A stretch of 64,000 nucleotides of DNA, from assembly GCA_029564765.1 (NCBI GenBank), contig JAKQPK010000013.1, positions 219,164 to 283,163 of the forward strand, written 5' to 3'. This document shows positions 45,811 through 54,940 of the stretch, one piece after another (the stretch's first letter is position 1; the number at the start of each line of letters is the position of its first letter). A program made the position numbers and the translations under genes. The stretch is from Candidatus Omnitrophota bacterium (lineage in GTDB: Bacteria > Omnitrophota > Gorgyraeia > Zapsychrales > Aceulaceae). The notes beneath the pieces are model-generated. The model saw nothing but the letters and a program-made list of their open reading frames with translations. It was not told the DNA's origin and did not search any database.

Positions 45811-47922
45811 TTGTCTTCACAACGTTTTGGTACTTTTGAAGGCGTTTTTGTTCCCAGTCTGCTCAGCATTTTTGGCGTTATCATGTATTTACGTCTGAGC
45901 TGGGTGGTTGGACAGGTGGGCATTATTGCGGCGCTTATCATCATCATTGCAAGCAACATGATCAGCTTGCTGACAGGATTTTCAGTTTCTTCGATCGTGA
46001 CAAATATCAGGATCGGTCACGGGGGAGCGTATTCGATCATCACAAAGTCTTTAGGCGCGGAAGCGGGAGGGGCTATTGGCTTGCCATTATATTTAGCGCA
46101 GGCTATTTCAATGGCGTTTTATGTTGTTGGGTTTGCTGAGTGCTGGATCAACGTCTTTCCGCAGCATTCATTCTTGATCGTTTGTCTTTTAGCTTGGTTC
46201 TTTATTTTATGGATTTCATATTGTAGCGCGCGGATCGCGTTTCGAACGCAATATTTCATTCTGGGTATCATTATCTTATCGCTTATCTCGATCTTTTTAG
46301 GCCAAAAAACATCTTTGTCCTCTGCGCAGCCGACAGGAACGCCTTTTGTATCTTCAGGTAATTTTTTTGTTGCCTTTGCTGTGTTCTTTCCTGCCGTGAC
46401 AGGATTTATGTCGGGACTTTCCATGTCCGGGGAGTTGGAGGAACCGAAGAAAAGCATCCCGATAGGAACGCTTCTGGCGACGGGCCTTAGTTTTGTCATT
46501 TATCTGATGCTCGCCGTTTGGTTGAGTCTTCAAGCAGGGCGGGAGGAACTGGTTCATAATACAAACATCATAGTAGACATCGGGCGATGGCCTGCCTTGG
46601 TGATCGCGGGGATCATGGGCGCCACACTTTCGTCGGCTATCAACATGTGCGTAACGGCTCCTCGCACTTTATTTGCTTTAAGCCAAAGCAAGGTTTTTCC
46701 CTTGCTTAAGGTTTTTGCGCATCGCAATAAAAAAGATGAACCAACAACCGCGATCCTTTTGACAGCGTTTATTGCCCTTGTTACGATTTTAGCCGGCACC
46801 TTGAACCAGGTCGCCACGATCTTGACCATGTTCTTTTTGATCACTTATGGGCTTATCAATTTTTCAGTTTTTGTCGAACAGTGGATCGGCATCGCTAGCT
46901 TTCGTCCTTCTTTTAGGGTTCCAAGGATAGTGCCTCTTGCGGGGTGGGTGGGATGTCTGAGCGTTATGTTCTTGATCAACCCGGTGTTTAGCTGGATCGC
47001 CTGGATCACTATTGGTATTTTGTACATGGCGTTAATGCGCAGAAAGACCGTGCGCTTTTCGCCTGATGTCAGAAGCGGCCTTTTGATCTTTTTGTCTGAG
47101 CAAATGGCAAAAGCAGCCGCACGACTGCCTTATTATCCCAAAATATGGAAGCCCAATGTTGCCGCACTGATAACAGACCTAAATGATTTCCAGCGCGCTT
47201 TCTCAGTGTTGGATGCCATCGTTTACCCAAATGGTCGTTTAACAGCTTTTTGCTTTGAGCAAGGGAAAAAAGAAGGGGCGTCTGGCCGCATTCAGAACAT
47301 GATCAAGCCTTTTGCGCAGAAAGGCATTTTTTCCGAAGGGATTACCTTGGCCCAAGGAGATCCCGCGTGCAGCATTAGCACGGTTTTGCAGACCCTTAAA
47401 TCGACGCATTTCCCGCCTAATGCTTTTTTTTGCGTCCTTCCTGAAAGTGGTCTGGTTGGCGGCCCCATTCAACAGGTTGTTCAGCAGGCTTCGCGTGAAG
47501 ATCTGGGTATTATTTTGCACAAGCAAGGGCAGGTGATCACGTCAACCCCTCAGCGTATCAATTTGTGGGTTCGCAAAGGAAGTCCGAATATCGATCTATC
47601 TATTTTGTTGGCGATCCAATTGCAAAGGAATTGGGATGGATACCTTTGCCTTGTGCAGGCTGTTGCGTCCCAAGAAGAAAGCGATGATGCGACAGCATAT
47701 TTAGCAAGGCTGGGAGAATTGATGAGGCTTCCAGGGGACCTGGGTATCAAGGTCCTTGTCGGCGATTTTGCGGCGGTTTTAGGACAAGCTCCGCAGGCAG
47801 ATATTAATATTTTTGGGATGCCAGAGCGACCGGATTTTGATTTTATCCATAAGTGTTCTCAAGGGATAAAAACATCGATCTTGTTTTTACGTGATTCGCC
47901 CCATGAAAGCGCAATCGCTTGA
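45811..47922 (+). CDS. Cation-chloride cotransporter (SLC12-like APC) homologue
   Basis: FGTFEGVF.P..L.I.GVIMYLRL.WVVG, GGAY..I..SLG.E.GGAIG, FAVFFPAVTG, FRPSF, WKPN, large cytosolic C-terminal domain. Confidence 0.85.
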   Translation: MSSQRFGTFEGVFVPSLLSIFGVIMYLRLSWVVGQVGIIAALIIIIASNMISLLTGFSVSSIVTNIRIGHGGAYSIITKSLGAEAGGAIGLPLYLAQAISMAFYVVGFAECWINVFPQHSFLIVCLLAWFFILWISYCSARIAFRTQYFILGIIILSLISIFLGQKTSLSSAQPTGTPFVSSGNFFVAFAVFFPAVTGFMSGLSMSGELEEPKKSIPIGTLLATGLSFVIYLMLAVWLSLQAGREELVHNTNIIVDIGRWPALVIAGIMGATLSSAINMCVTAPRTLFALSQSKVFPLLKVFAHRNKKDEPTTAILLTAFIALVTILAGTLNQVATILTMFFLITYGLINFSVFVEQWIGIASFRPSFRVPRIVPLAGWVGCLSVMFLINPVFSWIAWITIGILYMALMRRKTVRFSPDVRSGLLIFLSEQMAKAAARLPYYPKIWKPNVAALITDLNDFQRAFSVLDAIVYPNGRLTAFCFEQGKKEGASGRIQNMIKPFAQKGIFSEGITLAQGDPACSISTVLQTLKSTHFPPNAFFCVLPESGLVGGPIQQVVQQASREDLGIILHKQGQVITSTPQRINLWVRKGSPNIDLSILLAIQLQRNWDGYLCLVQAVASQEESDDATAYLARLGELMRLPGDLGIKVLVGDFAAVLGQAPQADINIFGMPERPDFDFIHKCSQGIKTSILFLRDSPHESAIA

Positions 47923-47993
47923 GAGGATATGTTTGTTTTTCTTTCGGAAAAAGGTATAATAAAAAACAAAGTTGTTAAACATAAGGAGGGAAC

Positions 47994-48290
47994 GTGAAGG
48001 ACGACATGAATAAACGGTTGAAGGTATGGCAGATGATCACGTTAGTGCAGATTGTTATGATTTTCTTCTTGGGGTTGTATGCGACATACCAGCGCACAGC
48101 GTTCGCGGCACAGCTTAGTTATCTTGCTAATCTTGAGACGACGCTTAAAGATAAAGAGGCAAAAGAAAAAGAGCTTTCCTCTCGTCTGTTGACGGTCATG
48201 GCACTGCTTCAGCGCGCGGTCAATGAGCTCAACCAAGAAGGCCAAGAGATGGGCATCAATAATATTGTTCCGTCCTCCACGGGGAAGTAG
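47994..48290 (+). CDS. Hypothetical single-TM coiled-coil protein
   Basis: AAGGAGG RBS, GTG start; TATAAT upstream; TM followed by coiled coil. Confidence 0.65.
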   Translation: MKDDMNKRLKVWQMITLVQIVMIFFLGLYATYQRTAFAAQLSYLANLETTLKDKEAKEKELSSRLLTVMALLQRAVNELNQEGQEMGINNIVPSSTGK

Positions 48291-48412
48291 CCTTAAGAAA
48301 ACGCTTGCAGAATAAGGCGCAAGAAGCCTTCTTTTTTTGTAAAGTTGTGCTATCTTTAGACTAGATGTATCGTTCTTTTATAAATTGTTTTATGTAATAT
48401 TTTCTTAGCCAG

Positions 48413-48453
48413 GCCCCGCGTAAGATGCATCTTGCGCGGGGCTCTTGTTTTTT
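48413..48453 (+). terminator. GC-rich hairpin with T-tract
   Basis: GCCCCGCGTAAGATGCATCTTGCGCGGGGC followed by TCTTGTTTTTT. Confidence 0.7.
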
Positions 48454-48513
48454 GGAGAGTTTTGTTGATTTCAAGAAGTTTCAAGTATAATATGAGGCAA
48501 GGAAAAAAGATCT

Positions 48514-49203
48514 ATGCCGACCATTCAATTGATCCTACTTCTTTTTATTTTTTCGATCCTCGCTTTTGTTGTCTTTGCTGTTTTTTTTCCGGCACAGCAA
48601 GAGCGAAGGCGCCGTAAGCGCGCAGAGCAGACAGAGCCTGTCTTATCCAAGGAGGATAAGGAATGGCAAGAGGCGGCTTTTCGGCTCAAGGAATATGTCT
48701 CGAAATATAAAAAAGAGATCAATGACCTTAAAAGAGAAGAGGAAAAACTAAAAAGCGATCTGCATGAAGAAAAAGAGAAGATCAAAAAGTTCGAAGAGAA
48801 ATTAAAAAGAGAAAAGCAGTGGCTGTCTGAACAGGAGACATCGCTTGACCGCCGGACAAAAGAGATCCGCCAGGCCAAGATGGAATTGACCAAGGCCCAG
48901 ACAGACCGTGAACACGAATATTCCCTGAGGCTTTCCAGCGAGCGTGAGAAGAAGAGCCTGCAATCCGACCTTGAGAAGTTGACCAAGGAAAAGAACGACC
49001 TTCTTTTGAAGGTAACGAACCTTGATTTCGCGGTGCGCAATCAAAAAGATGAGATCGCGGAGCTTCGCAAGACCAACGCTATCTTGCAAAAGAAAAAAGA
49101 TGAAGAGCAGTGGATCGCGAAGTCCGAGTTCGATAAGATTGAGCAGAAGCTGAAAGAAAAAGAGAAAGAGATCCAGAAACTCCAAGAAGATTGGAGACGT
49201 TAA
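48514..49203 (+). CDS. Membrane-anchored long coiled-coil protein
   Basis: N-terminal TM then K/E-rich heptads; TATAAT at 48486-91. Confidence 0.75.
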   Translation: MPTIQLILLLFIFSILAFVVFAVFFPAQQERRRRKRAEQTEPVLSKEDKEWQEAAFRLKEYVSKYKKEINDLKREEEKLKSDLHEEKEKIKKFEEKLKREKQWLSEQETSLDRRTKEIRQAKMELTKAQTDREHEYSLRLSSEREKKSLQSDLEKLTKEKNDLLLKVTNLDFAVRNQKDEIAELRKTNAILQKKKDEEQWIAKSEFDKIEQKLKEKEKEIQKLQEDWRR

Positions 49204-49211
49204 CCCTTCCT

Positions 49212-50381
49212 ATGTTTTCCCGCCGCACAGATTGGCCCTTTGAGCAAAATCCATTGATGCTCGCCCTTGCCCAGCTGAAGGAAAAAAGGATCAAAGTTTT
49301 TGATCTTACGACATCTAACCCTACACAAGCAGGGCTTGCATATCCTGATCGACAGATCCTTAAAGCGCTGTCTTTGGCATCAAATATTTTGTATCAACCT
49401 CAGCCTTTCGGCCAAGAGCAAGCTCGCCAGGCCATAGCGCAGATGTATGCAAAGCAGAAAGTGATGATCAGGCCCGAGCAGATCATCTTAACGTCGAGCT
49501 CAAGCGAGGCGTATGCATTTCTTTTTCGCTTGTTGCTTAATCCGGACGAAGAAGCCTTGTTCCCAAGCCCTAGCTATCCACTCTTTGACTTCTTAGCGCA
49601 GCTTAACGATGTGGATATTCAACCGTACCCTCTTTGTTATCAACAGCAATGGGAGATCGACCTATCCGTGCTTAAAGAAAAATTCTCCTTAAAAACCCGC
49701 GCGCTTGTTCTGGTGAACCCAAATAATCCCACAGGAGGCTTTGTTAAAACTGAGGAGCTTGCTGTGATCAATCATCTTTGTCGCGAAAGGGATGTTGCTA
49801 TTATTTGCGATGAAGTGTTTTCTGATTATGTGCTTGATATGCACAAGGATGGGGTGCGGACATTATCAGGAAACACCGAGGCTTTGACATTCGTTCTGGG
49901 CGGCTTGTCGAAAAGCTTAGGACTGCCCCAGATGAAATTATCATGGATCATCGTTAATGGGCCAGAGGATAAAATCGCGCGAGCGCTTGAGCGCCTGGAG
50001 ATCATCGCGGACACCTATCTTTCGGTGAATACCCCCGCGCAGAACGCTTTACCATCATGGCTTAAGCTTAAGGATAAGATCCAGCGTCTTATCCAGGCGC
50101 GCATCCAAAAAAATCAAAAACTGCTTCAGGGCCTGTGCGCTAAGACACCATTTAAGGTTTTATCTGCTGAAGGCGGCTGGTACGCCATCATACAGCTTCC
50201 AGAAGGTCTTAGCGAAGAGCGCTTTGTCGAACAGCTGCTGCGTGAGCATCATGTCTTTGCGCATCCAGGGTATTTTTTTGATCTTATCCAAGGCGCGCAT
50301 CTTGTTGTGAGCCTTTTGACACCGGAAGATGTCCTTCGGGAAGGTCTTTCGCGCATCGTTGAATGTAGCGCTTATTCTTAA
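49212..50381 (+). CDS. PLP-dependent aminotransferase class I/II
   Basis: DLT.SNPT, PSYPLF, VNPNNPTG, DEVF.DY, GGLSKS PLP lysine. Confidence 0.9.
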   Translation: MFSRRTDWPFEQNPLMLALAQLKEKRIKVFDLTTSNPTQAGLAYPDRQILKALSLASNILYQPQPFGQEQARQAIAQMYAKQKVMIRPEQIILTSSSSEAYAFLFRLLLNPDEEALFPSPSYPLFDFLAQLNDVDIQPYPLCYQQQWEIDLSVLKEKFSLKTRALVLVNPNNPTGGFVKTEELAVINHLCRERDVAIICDEVFSDYVLDMHKDGVRTLSGNTEALTFVLGGLSKSLGLPQMKLSWIIVNGPEDKIARALERLEIIADTYLSVNTPAQNALPSWLKLKDKIQRLIQARIQKNQKLLQGLCAKTPFKVLSAEGGWYAIIQLPEGLSEERFVEQLLREHHVFAHPGYFFDLIQGAHLVVSLLTPEDVLREGLSRIVECSAYS

Positions 50382-50481
50382 TCGTAGATCAGCCTTTGAT
50401 TCAGGTCTTGCAAACTTTTTATTGTTTGATAATATGATAACAATATAGAAATACTCATATTAATATTTAAAAGGACACGGC

Positions 50482-50958
50482 ATGAGCAAACGACCTTCTT
50501 GGGATGAATATTTTTTAAAGTTAGCGATGCTCGCTTCTGAACGAGCGACTTGTCCACGCATGCATTGCGGATGCGTTCTGGTCAAGGACAAACAAGTGAT
50601 CGCTACCGGCTATAACGGGTCGATCCCTGGTGATGATCATTGCGAAGATGTGGGTTGTTGGGTCGTTGAGAACCACTGCATCCGTACCAATCACGCGGAA
50701 ATGAACGCCCTCACGCAAGCAGCGAAGAACGGACACCCGACCGATGGATCAACGGCGTATGTGACGAATATGCCCTGTACGACCTGTGCTAAGGCCCTGA
50801 TCGCGGCGGGTGTTAAACGCGTCGTTGTTTTTTCAGATTATCATGATACGGTCGCCCAAAAGTTTTTCGCGAAAGCCGGCGTCTCGCTGGATAAGATCGC
50901 TAAGCCGTCGAATGAGATCAATTATAATTTAGACAATTATTCTTCGGCGCGAAAGTAA
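50482..50958 (+). CDS. dCMP deaminase family protein (ComEB-like)
   Basis: RPSWDEYF, ATC.R, ATGYNGS, HAE, PCTTCAK. Confidence 0.92.
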   Translation: MSKRPSWDEYFLKLAMLASERATCPRMHCGCVLVKDKQVIATGYNGSIPGDDHCEDVGCWVVENHCIRTNHAEMNALTQAAKNGHPTDGSTAYVTNMPCTTCAKALIAAGVKRVVVFSDYHDTVAQKFFAKAGVSLDKIAKPSNEINYNLDNYSSARK

Positions 50959-50974
50959 GAAGAGGTCTTTTAAG

Positions 50975-51010
50975 CAGCAGGCGGCGGCAGGCTGCCTGCT
51001 GGTTTTATTT
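50975..51010 (+). terminator. Rho-independent terminator
   Basis: CAGCAGGCGGC-GGCAG-GCTGCCTGCTG followed by GTTTTATTT. Confidence 0.7.
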
Positions 51011-51027
51011 TAAGAGAAAGAGGATGC

Positions 51028-51432
51028 ATGGCATTAAAAGTGTTGGTCGCTGATGATGAGCCGGAGGTCTTGGAGATCATGGCCAAGGCCGTCGCGATGC
51101 GCGGATACGCGGTTGTTCAAGCGATCGATGGACAACAGGCCTGGGAAAAGATCAAGAAAGAAGATCCGGACATTATTTTATTGGATTTGATCATGCCTGG
51201 AATGCATGGGATGACGATCTTAAAGAAGCTTCGGGAAAATCCTCTGCCGGATCGCTGGCAGCCTGTGGTGATCGTTTCTTCTCTGGGAGAGCTAGAAGAT
51301 GTCCAGAAGGGTTTCGCGTATCAAGCGGACCATTACATCACAAAGCCTTGCGCGATCGATACGGTCTTGCGCGCCGTGCAAATGATGCACGAGCTCATTG
51401 ACCAAAAGGGGCCTAAGCGAGGGCGGTCATGA
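51028..51432 (+). CDS. Single-domain response regulator (receiver)
   Basis: VLVADDE, ILLDLIMP, ADHYITKP. Confidence 0.9.
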   Translation: MALKVLVADDEPEVLEIMAKAVAMRGYAVVQAIDGQQAWEKIKKEDPDIILLDLIMPGMHGMTILKKLRENPLPDRWQPVVIVSSLGELEDVQKGFAYQADHYITKPCAIDTVLRAVQMMHELIDQKGPKRGRS

Positions 51433-52238
51433 TCAAGTTCTTTATCGTGATCGTTGTCGCGCTGATCGCCTTTCTTGTCTTTGTTCGGTATCTTGAGTCT
51501 AAAAGCGTTTTTTTTCCCCAGAAGGAAATAGAGTTCTTGCCTGATGCCAAGCGCTATCTTTTCTCTGAAGTTTTCTTTCAAACAGAAGATGGGCTGACGC
51601 TTAACGGTTGGTTCTTTCGTTATCCTTCAGCTCAAGCAACACTGCTTTTCTTCCACGGCAACGGTGGCAATGTTTGTCATCGCTTGGATAAGATCTTATT
51701 GTTTCGAGACATGGGATTGAACGTTTTCATTATTGATTATCGTGGATACGGAAAAAGTCAGGGACGCCCTAGTGAGCAGGGGGTGTATCAAGATGCGATA
51801 GCCGCTTTCGATTATCTGTCTGGACGACTTGACATTCACAAAGATAAGATCATTGGCTACGGGGAATCTTTAGGTGGTGTGGTTGCCTTGGAGCTTGCGC
51901 GCAAGCGTCCTTTCGCTGCGTTGATCGTCGATTCTAGCTTTTCTTCGGTTGCTGATATTGCTAAGCTGTATTATCCTTTCATCCCTGCCTTTTTGCTGAG
52001 AACAAGAATGGATGCGGCTTCTTATTCGCGGGATATCAAAGCGCCTAAGCTTTTTATTCATAGCCAGAACGACGATATTGTTCCTTTTACCTTGGGTAAA
52101 AAACTTTTTGACGCAGCTGCTGAGCCAAAAGAATTCTTAGCGATCCAAGGTGACCATAATCAAGGATACGTGGACTCTAAGGATGTCTACAGTGAAGGTA
52201 TCAAGAAATTTCTTAACGTTCAGGGACTTTTACCATGA
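51429..52238 (+). CDS. Alpha/beta hydrolase (ABHD13/BEM46-like)
   Basis: FHGNGGN, DYRGYGKS.G.PSE, GESLGG nucleophile, DDIVP, GDHN. Confidence 0.9.
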   Translation: MIKFFIVIVVALIAFLVFVRYLESKSVFFPQKEIEFLPDAKRYLFSEVFFQTEDGLTLNGWFFRYPSAQATLLFFHGNGGNVCHRLDKILLFRDMGLNVFIIDYRGYGKSQGRPSEQGVYQDAIAAFDYLSGRLDIHKDKIIGYGESLGGVVALELARKRPFAALIVDSSFSSVADIAKLYYPFIPAFLLRTRMDAASYSRDIKAPKLFIHSQNDDIVPFTLGKKLFDAAAEPKEFLAIQGDHNQGYVDSKDVYSEGIKKFLNVQGLLP

Positions 52239-53440
52239 AGCATTCTTTTTTAAGGACGCAAAGAACAAAGATCGTTGATGCTAGGGGCCGTGAGATATTC
52301 TTGCGAGGCGTGAATCTTGGCGGATGGCTAATGATGGAAGGCTATTTTTTGCAGGCGCCTAATATCGGTGTTCGGAAATTCAAGAAAGAATTTGCCGCGC
52401 GCCTTGGCGAAAAGGCTTTGCAGGATTTTGAGCGCGCGTTCTATGGTACATTTATTCAAGAAGAAGATTTCAAGCGTGTTGCCCAAATGAAGCTGAATTG
52501 CATCCGCTTGCCATTCCATCATGGGCTCATCGAGACAGAGTCTTATCGCTATAGCGCCAAAGGTGTCGCGTATCTTGATCAAGCGATCCGATGGGCAAAG
52601 AAATATAGCCTTTATATTATTTTGGACTTGCATGGGGCGGCGGGATGCCAGAACCATGATTGGCACTCAGACAGCTTAGGAAAAGCCGAGCTCTGGAGCA
52701 ATAAAAATTTCCAGAAAAGGACCGCGGCGCTTTGGGAATTTTTAGCTGATCGTTATCGTGATGAATCAACCGTGGCTGGATATGATCTTTTAAACGAGGC
52801 TGTCATTACTGATGAAAAGAAGCTCAACGATCTTTATCGCATGATCATCCAGGCGATCCGTTCAGCCGATAAGAACCATGTTCTTTTCGTCGAAGGGAAT
52901 AAATGGGCAACGGATCTCAAGTGTTTAGAAAGATTTCACGATCATAATTTAGCGCTCAGCATCCATTTTTATCATCCGATCGATTTTTCATTTAATTTTG
53001 TCCCATCACTGCGTTATCCATTACGCTATCAAGGGGTCAAGTGGGACCGCGCGATGCTGGGTCGCATGGCTGCTTCCTACGCGAGGGCCGCTAAAAAATA
53101 TGGCGCGCCGGTTTTTGTCGGGGAGTTTGGTGTTAATGACCGTGATAACGTTCATCATGAGATCGATTATCTAAAGGATGTTCTTTCTTGTTTTGACGCG
53201 CACGATTTTCATTGGACGTATTGGACCTATAAGGCCGTGAAGCACACCATGTTTCCTGACGGACTTTTCAGTTATTATCCCAATAGCCCTTGGGTGAATC
53301 GTCAGGGGCCCAAAACAGGCTGGGATACTTACGCTGATCTTTGGCCGCGCCACAAAAAAGATATTATTGAGTCTTGGAAAACAAAATATTTTACTCCCAA
53401 CACCAAAGCGATCAAGGCGCTTTCCTCATGCCAAGCATAA
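52235..53440 (+). CDS. Glycoside hydrolase family 5, catalytic domain only
   Basis: RGVNLGGWL, LDLHGAAG, GYDLLNE, FVGEFG, WTYWTYK; no signal peptide. Confidence 0.9.
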   Translation: MKHSFLRTQRTKIVDARGREIFLRGVNLGGWLMMEGYFLQAPNIGVRKFKKEFAARLGEKALQDFERAFYGTFIQEEDFKRVAQMKLNCIRLPFHHGLIETESYRYSAKGVAYLDQAIRWAKKYSLYIILDLHGAAGCQNHDWHSDSLGKAELWSNKNFQKRTAALWEFLADRYRDESTVAGYDLLNEAVITDEKKLNDLYRMIIQAIRSADKNHVLFVEGNKWATDLKCLERFHDHNLALSIHFYHPIDFSFNFVPSLRYPLRYQGVKWDRAMLGRMAASYARAAKKYGAPVFVGEFGVNDRDNVHHEIDYLKDVLSCFDAHDFHWTYWTYKAVKHTMFPDGLFSYYPNSPWVNRQGPKTGWDTYADLWPRHKKDIIESWKTKYFTPNTKAIKALSSCQA

Positions 53441-54234
53441 AAGAGATCACGAGCGCGAAGAATCTGCAGGTGAAAGCTGTCATGGAGTTGCGCGAAAAGA
53501 AGGCGCGCGATGATTCAGGGCTGATGATCGTGGAAGGCGTGAGAGAAATGCGTTTGGCGCGGCAGGCCGGGATCTTTTTTCAGCAGGTCTATTTAGCACG
53601 ATCATTTATCGACCAAGCGGATCATCGGGAATTCGTGGAATTCGCGACCAAAGAAGCCAAAGAGGTTTTTTTGCTCAAGGATTTTATCTTTGAAAAGATC
53701 TCGTTTGGCCACCGTCAGGAGGGAGCCTTGGCTGTATGCGCGCAACCGCGTAAGCAATTGGCTGATATCCGTTGCTCTGACAAACCTCTTTTTATGATCT
53801 TAGAACATGTTGAGAAACCTGGGAATCTGGGCGCGATCCTGCGCACAGCGGATGCCGCGGGCGTGGACGCGGTCTTAGTGTGCGATCCGGCCACAGATAT
53901 CTATAATCCAAACGTTATTCGATCGAGTTTAGGCGCGATCTTTACCGTTGCGGTCGTGGAGATTGAGGCTCCTGAGGCTTTCAAATTCCTTAAGTCCAAA
54001 GGTGTTGTTATCTGCGCGACAGTTCCTCAGGCAGAAAAAGTTTATACAGAAGCCGATCTTAATGTTCCTTTGGCGGTTGTGATGGGAAGCGAGGACCAGG
54101 GCCTTGGGGAATTTTGGGTCGAACATTGCAATACCCCTATCGCGATACCCATGAAGGGCAAGGTAGATTCTTTGAACGTTTCTGTTTCCGCTGCGATCGT
54201 TCTTTATGAAACCATCCGACAACGAAAAAAATAA
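53428..54234 (+). CDS. TrmH/SpoU family RNA methyltransferase
   Basis: EKPGNLGAILRTADAAG, RSSLG, GSEDQGL, IPM.GKVDSLNVSVSA. Confidence 0.93.
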   Translation: MPSIKEITSAKNLQVKAVMELREKKARDDSGLMIVEGVREMRLARQAGIFFQQVYLARSFIDQADHREFVEFATKEAKEVFLLKDFIFEKISFGHRQEGALAVCAQPRKQLADIRCSDKPLFMILEHVEKPGNLGAILRTADAAGVDAVLVCDPATDIYNPNVIRSSLGAIFTVAVVEIEAPEAFKFLKSKGVVICATVPQAEKVYTEADLNVPLAVVMGSEDQGLGEFWVEHCNTPIAIPMKGKVDSLNVSVSAAIVLYETIRQRKK

Positions 54235-54940
54235 GCTACGGCTTCAAGTTTTTTTATCGCACAGCGGGATCTGTTCGCGGCGCAAGGCTATGGACCTGGT
54301 TAAAGAGGGCTATGTGATGGTCAATGGCGTTGTTGTGACCGAGCCGTCCATCCCGATCGACCCTGCCAAAGATACTGTTCTCTGCCAGGGGAAAAAAGTT
54401 GCGGTCGCGCAATACGCGTATGTAATGCTCAATAAGCCGCAAGGATACACGACAACGACTGAGGATCCTTTCGCGGAAAAGACAGTTTTAGATCTGGTGC
54501 CGGGGCAGTTTAAGACGCTTAATCCTGCTGGCCGTCTGGATAAGAATACGGAAGGTTTGTTGCTGCTGACCAACGACGGTGCGGTCGCTTATAAATTAAC
54601 GCATCCGAGCTTTAACATCGATAAAGTCTATTTCGCGCGCCTGAACAAATTTCTTTCTGATGATCACAAGGCGCGCTTAGAAAAAGGAGTTGTCTTGGAC
54701 GAAGCCAAGACCTCGCCGTGCAAGATCTTTCATTTAAGAACGCAACAGGGTGCGACAGAGCTGCGCATCAGCATTCATGAGGGGCGTAAGCGCCAGATCC
54801 GCCGGATGTTCGAGAAATTCGGCTATGAAGTTACTTTTTTAAAACGTGAGCAACAAGGACCTTTAAAACTCGGGGACCTGCCACTTGGCGCATGGCGGCA
54901 TTTGACGCCGGTGGAAATCAATATTTTAAAACAGCTATGA
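54206..54940 (+). CDS. rluB: S4-domain rRNA pseudouridine synthase (RluB/RsuA family)
   Basis: G.CSRRKA S4 domain, LNKPQG, GRLDKNTEGLLLLTNDG, EGRKRQIRRM. Confidence 0.88.
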   Translation: MKPSDNEKNKLRLQVFLSHSGICSRRKAMDLVKEGYVMVNGVVVTEPSIPIDPAKDTVLCQGKKVAVAQYAYVMLNKPQGYTTTTEDPFAEKTVLDLVPGQFKTLNPAGRLDKNTEGLLLLTNDGAVAYKLTHPSFNIDKVYFARLNKFLSDDHKARLEKGVVLDEAKTSPCKIFHLRTQQGATELRISIHEGRKRQIRRMFEKFGYEVTFLKREQQGPLKLGDLPLGAWRHLTPVEINILKQL

